A DNA stretch of 64,000 bases from an uncultured Candidatus Saccharibacteria bacterium (GTDB lineage Bacteria > Patescibacteriota > Minisyncoccia > UBA6257 > UBA9933), in the NCBI GenBank assembly GCA_964428615.1, contig CAYRXZ010000001.1, positions 2,334-66,333 on the forward strand, in the 5' to 3' direction. Below are positions 58,033 through 64,000 of this stretch, piece after piece. The notes beneath the pieces were generated by a model, which was not told the origin of the DNA, did not search any database, and saw nothing but the letters and a program-made list of their open reading frames with translations. Every line of letters begins with the position of its first letter. Positions within the stretch are counted from its first letter, which is position 1. A program made the position numbers and the translations under genes.

Positions 58033-58576
58033 AAGAACCGGTCTCAGTATTTACGCGAATAACATCGCCTTCATTTATAAAAAGAGGAGTGTTTATTTTA
58101 ACGCCTGTTTCAATAGTAACGACTTTTGAGCCGCCCTGTGCTGTGTCGCCCTTAATTCCAGGTGGAGCTTCGATAACTTTATACTCCATTTTTACCGGCA
58201 AGTTAATATTTAAAATTTTTCCGTTAAATTTCAGTGCATCTACTTCCATATTCGCTTTCAAAAAACCTTCTTTTCCGCCAAGCAATGATACATCTATCTG
58301 AAACCTATTTTTAGGATTATTTATATCACAAAACCAAACTTCACCACGATTAGTATAAAGAAATTTTATTTGTGTTTTTTCCATTTCCGCTTCTTCTAGT
58401 TGGTCACTCGGCTGAAAAGCACGTTCAACTACAGAACCAGAAACTAAATTTTTAATCTTGGTTTTCATGACTGGTTTTCTTTGTTGCATACGCAAAAATT
58501 CCGACTCAAGCACCGCAAAGGGCTGGCCGTTCAAAACAATAAAAACTCCCGGTTTTAATTCATTATATGACAACAT
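58007..58576 (-). CDS. efp: Translation elongation factor P
   Basis: KTKIKNL..G, PPGIKGDTAQGGSK, PLFINEGD, VNTETGSYVER. Confidence 0.95.
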   Translation of the reverse strand: MLSYNELKPGVFIVLNGQPFAVLESEFLRMQQRKPVMKTKIKNLVSGSVVERAFQPSDQLEEAEMEKTQIKFLYTNRGEVWFCDINNPKNRFQIDVSLLGGKEGFLKANMEVDALKFNGKILNINLPVKMEYKVIEAPPGIKGDTAQGGSKVVTIETGVKINTPLFINEGDVIRVNTETGSYVERVEKA

Positions 58577-58618
58577 TATAGTATTTTATATCTAGTATTT
58601 AGTATTTTGTATAAAAAT

Positions 58619-59968
58619 TTAAAACAATTTTTTCTGAATCTCCAAATCTTTTTTCTCTTGCTCGCTGAAAATTTTTACTTTACCATATTCACCATCAAAG
58701 CCCGGCTCTACTTTTAATTTCTTTTCACGAACCGCTACTATTCCTTTTACAACTTTTTCATCGGCGATGGTTCTTAATTCTTCAACGCTTAAATCAATTA
58801 AAATTTTTAATTCCGAACCGAATGTTTTAATTAATTTAATATATTCTTCTTTGACTTTCTTTGTAGCAACCCCCATACCATAAACCTCGGCAATAATTTC
58901 GTCAAGCGGAATCAAACTATAATATGGGACCCTATTTTCATAAGTATTATAAAATTTTTCTTTTTCAAGTTTTATTTCCGGTCTATCGGCTAATTTATCA
59001 ATCCTATTCATTGTGCCAATAGTCAATTTTTTCCCGCATTTTGGGCAAATACTATTATGCTTCTTTGTTTCTTCTGGAGGAAAAACTACACCGCAAGCCC
59101 TGTGGCCATCAAAGTGATATCTGCCCTCTTCGGGAAAAAACTCTATTGTCGCTACAAACGCTGATTTATGCTGATTTGACGCTGATTTTCGCTGGTTAGG
59201 AGCGCCGCTTTTTATCGCTTTAATAATTCCATTATATGACAACTCTGTGTTAAAAATATTCGCTTCTCTGCCTATTCTTGGGGCTGAATGAGAATCGGAA
59301 TTTGATATCAAAGCGATATTGTCTAATTTTGAAAGCCGCCAATTCATAGCCGGATCGCTTGAAAGCCCGGTTTCAATGGCAAAAATGTTTTTAGTATATT
59401 CACCAAAACATTCTTCAATTGAATCAAAGCCCGACATTGAACCAAAAACGGAAAACCACGGGGTCCAAGCGTGCGCCGGAATTATTACCGCCAAAGGATT
59501 GGCGTTAAAAACTATTTTCGCCAGCTCACGGCAATCGAGCCCTAAAATCGGCCGGCCATCTGATTTTAGATTGCCTATCCAACCAAGTTGCGTATTAATT
59601 TTTTCAACAGTTTCAAAATCAGGAGCAAAAAGCAAATTGTGAACTCTATAAACTCTTTTCTGGCCCGTGGACGGAGATTGACGAGAATAAATACTCGAAA
59701 CTTCGGCGGTTAAAACAAATCTCGTTTCTGCCAAAGTTCCTTTTATAGTCGGGCGTTTGTATTGCTGTTTTAATTTAAAAAGTCCAGGCTCGGCCAACTC
59801 TAATCTTTCTTTAAGTTCGCCAAACCATTTCGGATGAGTAAAATCTCCGGTCGCCATTACCAAAATTCCTTTATCATCCGCCCAGCGGTCAAGCTCCTCT
59901 AAATCCATATTTGGAGAAGTAGCACGAGAATATTTTGAGTGAATATGTAAGTCGGCGATAAATTTCAT
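58619..59968 (-). CDS. Endonuclease Q-like PHP-family protein
   Basis: ADLHIHSKYSRATS, TGDFTHP, DGRPILG, PAHAWTPW, ETGLSSD, SNSDSHS, GREAN, CPKCG, PGFDGEYG. Confidence 0.88.
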   Translation of the reverse strand: MKFIADLHIHSKYSRATSPNMDLEELDRWADDKGILVMATGDFTHPKWFGELKERLELAEPGLFKLKQQYKRPTIKGTLAETRFVLTAEVSSIYSRQSPSTGQKRVYRVHNLLFAPDFETVEKINTQLGWIGNLKSDGRPILGLDCRELAKIVFNANPLAVIIPAHAWTPWFSVFGSMSGFDSIEECFGEYTKNIFAIETGLSSDPAMNWRLSKLDNIALISNSDSHSAPRIGREANIFNTELSYNGIIKAIKSGAPNQRKSASNQHKSAFVATIEFFPEEGRYHFDGHRACGVVFPPEETKKHNSICPKCGKKLTIGTMNRIDKLADRPEIKLEKEKFYNTYENRVPYYSLIPLDEIIAEVYGMGVATKKVKEEYIKLIKTFGSELKILIDLSVEELRTIADEKVVKGIVAVREKKLKVEPGFDGEYGKVKIFSEQEKKDLEIQKKLF

Positions 59969-59976
59969 TTTGGTTG

Positions 59977-60048
59977 TGGGCGCTGGAGGGATCGAACCCC
60001 CGACCTACTCGGTGTAAACGAGTCGCTCTACCACTAAGCTAAGCGCCC
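59977..60048 (-). tRNA. tRNA-Val(TAC)
   Basis: GGGCGCT TAGCTTAGTGGTAGAGC...ACTCG-TTTACAC-CGAGT...GGTTCGATCC...AGCGCCC-A. Confidence 0.95.
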
Positions 60049-60051
60049 ATG

Positions 60052-60123
60052 TGCCCCTGAGAGGAATCGAACCCCTATTACAAGATCCGGAATCTCGCGT
60101 CCTATCCGTTAAACGACAAGGGC
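60052..60123 (-). tRNA. tRNA-Arg(CCG)
   Basis: GCCCTTG TCGTTTAACGGATAGGAC...CGAGA-TTCCGGA-TCTTG...GGTTCGATTCC...CAGGGGC-A. Confidence 0.93.
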
Positions 60124-61277
60124 TAATATATTAATTCATAAACTAAACCACCCAGAAAAACAAGCACTAAAATATAAGCGAAAACCGGACTTAATTTTTT
60201 GAGAAAAACTCTTTCGGTTTTTCTTTTTAAAGACTTCAGCCACATCAAACAAATAATAGCTCCTTCAAAAGCAATAAACACACCACCAATTAATGAGACA
60301 AGCTCTAGAAATTTTCGCAACCCAAAAAAATAAAAAAGTATAGGCAATACAATAACCGCAATGCCGGCAAGTATTTCAGGAAATTTTAAATCGCACCTTA
60401 AAGAATTCTTTATATCTATGCCAATAATAAAATAAGAATCCCAAAGAGAAACTAAGGCAAAAATTCCAATAAACGCCAAAATAAATGGGCTTGCAACACC
60501 TATTAATCCCGAAACCGCGTCTTCAGAAACATTTCCCGAAAGCCCCAAAACTCCAAAGACGAACAAAATATAAACCAACGCCGGAATTAAAGTGCCCAGT
60601 ATAATTGACTTTCCCGCGCCCGAAACCGGCTGATTCGTTTTTTTAAAATAATTTATCACTGTTGGGATCGCTACCCTGCCGGCAAAAGAAAATAAAATTA
60701 TTCCGTATGGGAAAAAAATATTTTTAATGTCAAAAACAGGCATTGAAATAATTTTCTCCAAATCGGCGACGCCGAAGATAAAAACTAAAATTGAAACCAA
60801 AATAACGCCGGAAGTGATAAAAAGTTCCAAAAAAGACACCTTGCAGATTCCTAAAAATATCGCCATTGAACCTAAAAGCCAAAAAATAACAACATTTAAT
60901 GCTCCAAAACTACCCGGGGAAATAAGATTTAAAAAGCTTGAAGAAAGAGCGAGATAAGCGACTAATATTAAAAATAGTCCAAAGACGGAAGAAAAAACCG
61001 TCAGCCAAAAACCGAATTTGCCAAAATAAATTTTGGCGTAACCGGAAAAATAGTGTTTACTTTCGGTATTCGTCAAGATTCCGTCGGACAAATCGGTTTT
61101 GACAATAATATCAGCGTACATTAAATGAATTAAAACAAAAATAAGACTGAAAACTGCCAGATAGGCCAAGCCCGTCAATATGCCGGCTTTTTCAAAAACA
61201 AAAGGCAGGGCGAATATGCCCGCGCCGATAATCGCTCCGGCTAATAGCCACGCCGGCATAAAAAGTTTTTTATACAT
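60123..61277 (-). CDS. Amino acid permease (aromatic amino acid/HAAAP-like)
   Basis: GAIIGAGIFALPF, PYGIILFSFAG, about 11 TM helices; start is 61277 or 61289. Confidence 0.87.
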   Translation of the reverse strand: MYKKLFMPAWLLAGAIIGAGIFALPFVFEKAGILTGLAYLAVFSLIFVLIHLMYADIIVKTDLSDGILTNTESKHYFSGYAKIYFGKFGFWLTVFSSVFGLFLILVAYLALSSSFLNLISPGSFGALNVVIFWLLGSMAIFLGICKVSFLELFITSGVILVSILVFIFGVADLEKIISMPVFDIKNIFFPYGIILFSFAGRVAIPTVINYFKKTNQPVSGAGKSIILGTLIPALVYILFVFGVLGLSGNVSEDAVSGLIGVASPFILAFIGIFALVSLWDSYFIIGIDIKNSLRCDLKFPEILAGIAVIVLPILFYFFGLRKFLELVSLIGGVFIAFEGAIICLMWLKSLKRKTERVFLKKLSPVFAYILVLVFLGGLVYELIY

Positions 61278-61346
61278 TTTAAACAACAAACTACAAGCCG
61301 CGAATTATTTCGCTTTATTTTCCGTAACTAGTAGTTTGGTGATTAA

Positions 61347-61598
61347 TTAAACTTCAAACACTTGATCGCCTTCTTTGATATGCTCGTCTACCTTCATCCC
61401 AACCTCATCGCCTTTTTTAGCGCCTTCAATACTTTTATGATCAAACTGCATCGAGCTTATTGTTTGGTTGAAATCTGTATGTATTCCTTTAAACTGAACT
61501 TCATCGCCAACTTTTACGGCTTTAAAAAATTTTACGACTGCCACGCCGATTTTACCGTAATAATGAGTAACTTCGCCTATTGGCTTTTTATCTGCCAT
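61347..61598 (-). CDS. Small translation-factor beta-barrel-like protein (resembles the U32 peptidase C-terminus)
   Basis: IGEVTHYYGKIGVAVV, VGD, SMQ..H..I..AKKGDEVG. Confidence 0.8.
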   Translation of the reverse strand: MADKKPIGEVTHYYGKIGVAVVKFFKAVKVGDEVQFKGIHTDFNQTISSMQFDHKSIEGAKKGDEVGMKVDEHIKEGDQVFEV

Positions 61599-61699
61599 AT
61601 AATTGAATAATTCAAGCTAATTCGACCTTTCCAGGTAGCAGAAACTCGACTAATTTTTATAGTTGTTCAAATCAAAAATTTGAACAAGTCGAGTTTTCA

Positions 61700-62269
61700 C
61701 TACCTGGCTTTCTCTTTTTTTATTAATTCCACTACTTTGGTAATCAACTCTTTTGGATCATCGGAAAAAACTATTTTATCTTTCATTTCTTCCGCTCTAT
61801 GAGATTTTTCAATTATTTCTTTAATTAACTCATCTGTTTCCCATTCACCGGTTAAAATTCCTATTGGTTTTTTATCTTCAAAGGCAATTGTGAATTCGTT
61901 TAATGTTCCCATTCGACCACAACCGACCACAACCGCATCCGCCGAACGGGTCAAAAGCAAATTTCTTCCGGAATATCCAAAACCCGTATAAATAATCAAA
62001 TTTTGATAATCAAGCGGCAATTTATAATATTCGACGTGTTCTTTTTCTGAGTCAGCAGGAGAAATCCCAACAACAATCCCATTAGCGCTTTTTGCACCCT
62101 TAGCCGCCCAATAGGGGAAACCCGTTGTTGCGCCATTAACTAAAACACAACCCTGTTTAATTATTTCCTTCCCTAATTCTTCAGCTTTTGCTAAAGCCGA
62201 ATCACCACACATGTCCGTTTCTGCCGCCCCAGAAACGCAAATTTTATATTTAGGATAATTGTTATTCAT
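61700..62269 (-). CDS. LOG/SLOG family nucleotide-binding protein
   Basis: GATTGFP, VGISP, TGFGYSGRN, GRMGTLNEF. Confidence 0.87.
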   Translation of the reverse strand: MNNNYPKYKICVSGAAETDMCGDSALAKAEELGKEIIKQGCVLVNGATTGFPYWAAKGAKSANGIVVGISPADSEKEHVEYYKLPLDYQNLIIYTGFGYSGRNLLLTRSADAVVVGCGRMGTLNEFTIAFEDKKPIGILTGEWETDELIKEIIEKSHRAEEMKDKIVFSDDPKELITKVVELIKKEKAR

Positions 62270-62281
62270 ATATAATGTAAA

Positions 62282-63628
62282 TTATAACACAAATTCTTCC
62301 CCTACTGAAGGAATTATTACGTTAAGAGCCAATTCATCTTTTATTTCTTGAGCTAAGGCTAATGCACTTTTTTCTTCTCCCTGAACAACAAAAACTTTTT
62401 TTGCGCTAAAGCGCATGGGCCGAAGCCAGTTTAAAAGTTGCCGCTGATCAGCGTGCGCCGAATATCCGGCAATTGATTTCATTTTGCATTTTACCGAAAT
62501 TTCTTCACCGTTAATTTTTACCCATTTTTCTCCGTCCAAAATCCGTCTTCCTAAAGAACCATTAACCTGATAGCCAATAAATAAAATCGCGCTTTTGGGG
62601 TCAGGCAGATAACGCATTTCATGATGCAAGATTCTTCCACCTTGCGACATTCCCGAACCAGCAATAATTATTTTTGGCGGAGGAATATTATTTATTTCTT
62701 TTGACTGCTCTGTCGTAAGAGTTGTTTTTAGCCCTGGAAAATTAAATATCGCGTCACCTTTTTTTAAAAGCGCAATCGCTTCTTCACGGAAATATCTTGT
62801 ATCTTGTGAATATTTTCTATAAACTGAAGTCAATTTAATTGCCAATGGGCTATCTACAAATACTAAAACTTTAGGGACACGGCCATTTTCGACTAATTCG
62901 TTTAATTCAAATAAAAGTTCCTGTGTGCGCTCCATAGCAAAAGCCGGTATCATTAAGGTTCCACCAGTATTAATTATTTCTTCGATAAAATCTTCAAGCA
63001 TTTCTTTTCTAGATTCAAGATTCTCATGAAGCCTGTCGCCGTAAGCAGACTCTATTAAAACATAATCTGCATTTTCTATTACATCGCCATCTTTAATAAA
63101 TGGCGCCGGAGAATTACCTAAATCACCCGAAAAAATAACTCTTTTCCCACCCGAAGAAACCGAAATAGAGCTTGAACCAAGAATATGACCAGCATTAAAA
63201 AATTCTATATCTAATTCGTTAATTTTTAGCTTTTCATGATAATCAACTTTTTTCCATAAAAACATAACGTTTTTAACATCTTCAATGCTATAAATTGGTT
63301 CTTTATTTTTTTCGCGAGCTTCTCTGTTTAAAATATTTTCCGAATCAAGTAAAAGCTCTTCGGCAAAATCTTTAGTTGGTGAAGTTGAAAAAATATCACC
63401 GCGAAAACCGGCTTTATAAAGCTGAGGCAAACGGCCAATGTGGTCTATATGAGCGTGAGTAATTAAAACTGCTTTAATAGTTTCCGGATCATAAACAAAG
63501 GGTTCAAAATTTATGCTTTCCAAAAAATTAGAACCCTGATTAAGACCGCAATCAACAAGTACGCTGTCATTTATCAAATAATTAGCGCCTGTAACATTTT
63601 TTGCTCCACCACAAAATTTGAGCTTCAT
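62282..63628 (-). CDS. MBL-fold beta-CASP RNase (YSH1-like)
   Basis: MKLKFCGGAKNVTG, VDCG, THAHIDHIG, AGHILGS, SGDLG, ESAYG, GSGM, YSAHAD; start moved to 63628. Confidence 0.93.
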   Translation of the reverse strand: MKLKFCGGAKNVTGANYLINDSVLVDCGLNQGSNFLESINFEPFVYDPETIKAVLITHAHIDHIGRLPQLYKAGFRGDIFSTSPTKDFAEELLLDSENILNREAREKNKEPIYSIEDVKNVMFLWKKVDYHEKLKINELDIEFFNAGHILGSSSISVSSGGKRVIFSGDLGNSPAPFIKDGDVIENADYVLIESAYGDRLHENLESRKEMLEDFIEEIINTGGTLMIPAFAMERTQELLFELNELVENGRVPKVLVFVDSPLAIKLTSVYRKYSQDTRYFREEAIALLKKGDAIFNFPGLKTTLTTEQSKEINNIPPPKIIIAGSGMSQGGRILHHEMRYLPDPKSAILFIGYQVNGSLGRRILDGEKWVKINGEEISVKCKMKSIAGYSAHADQRQLLNWLRPMRFSAKKVFVVQGEEKSALALAQEIKDELALNVIIPSVGEEFVL

Positions 63629-63675
63629 ATGAAAATTGTAGCAAATCTGCCCGAAAATAGACATATTTAAAGGGC

Positions 63676-63704
63676 TTTACAAAACTGAATAGATGTGCTA
63701 TGTT
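63676..63704 (+). promoter_or_regulatory. Possible sigma70 promoter
   Basis: TTTACA-N17-TATGTT with TGn extension. Confidence 0.5.
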
Positions 63705-63756
63705 TTATTTAGTTATATTAATAATAAAAAATAACAAAAAAAGGAGAAAATCTTTT

Positions 63757-64000
63757 ATGAAAGTGAAAAGAAATTCTGTGTATGGCGCAATACTGGGAGT
63801 CATTTCTATAATCGCATTGTTGGCGGTAATGAATTATTACGCCGCCGGATACGATCGGGCCCTCGGAATTGGAGCGCCATCGTTTTTAACGGTATCCGCC
63901 TATGTGATCTTAGATATCACAGTTGTCATCTTTATAGTTTTTTGGGTCGCGGATAGGCTCAAAAAACGAAAAGTTAATTTCTATTTCATAAAAAAACCAT
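63757..64000 (+). CDS. Membrane hypothetical protein, partial (runs off the window end)
   Basis: AAGGAG RBS; MKVKRNSVYGAILGVISIIALLAVM... open to the window end, two hydrophobic segments. Confidence 0.65.
   Translation, partial: MKVKRNSVYGAILGVISIIALLAVMNYYAAGYDRALGIGAPSFLTVSAYVILDITVVIFIVFWVADRLKKRKVNFYFIKKP

Noticed and set aside
1410-61610. Numerous 60-170-aa ORFs antisense to or nested in long genes (for example 8665..9165, 21347..21841, 37193..37609, 57279..57758)
   Set aside because: They are shadow ORFs fully overlapping well-supported genes and have no recognisable motifs.

Overview
AT-rich, gene-dense bacterial window, mostly on the minus strand. The gene content and style suggest a Patescibacteria/CPR (Parcubacteria-like) genome (inference). 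It carries housekeeping genes (rny, gpmI, eno, ppsA, ileS, dnaK/dnaJ/grpE, cysS, dnaB, pheT, mreC, rnhB, mnmA, efp), a MacAB-like ABC exporter, a type IV pilin/PilB/PilC cluster, four intact tRNAs and a large secreted PLC-like/lamin-tail/PKD protein. The most striking observation is two separate ~700-bp cassettes (41510-42204 and 56120-56821). Each is a single PaaX-like gene with a Cas2/VapD-like C-terminal domain, bracketed on both sides by a ~38-44 bp loop-less palindrome specific to that cassette. Other notable features: a tRNA-Asn locus with three degenerate or partial copies interrupted by small hairpins around a frameshifted GIY-YIG gene; the same hairpin families and 7-10-mer tandem repeats inserted in frame in essential genes; a histidine-phosphatase domain inside IleRS; an AAAGGTCG motif at a fixed distance upstream of three genes; and many apparently leaderless genes. 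No CRISPR array, rRNA, integrase or transposase was seen. All calls are by eye; no database searches were run.
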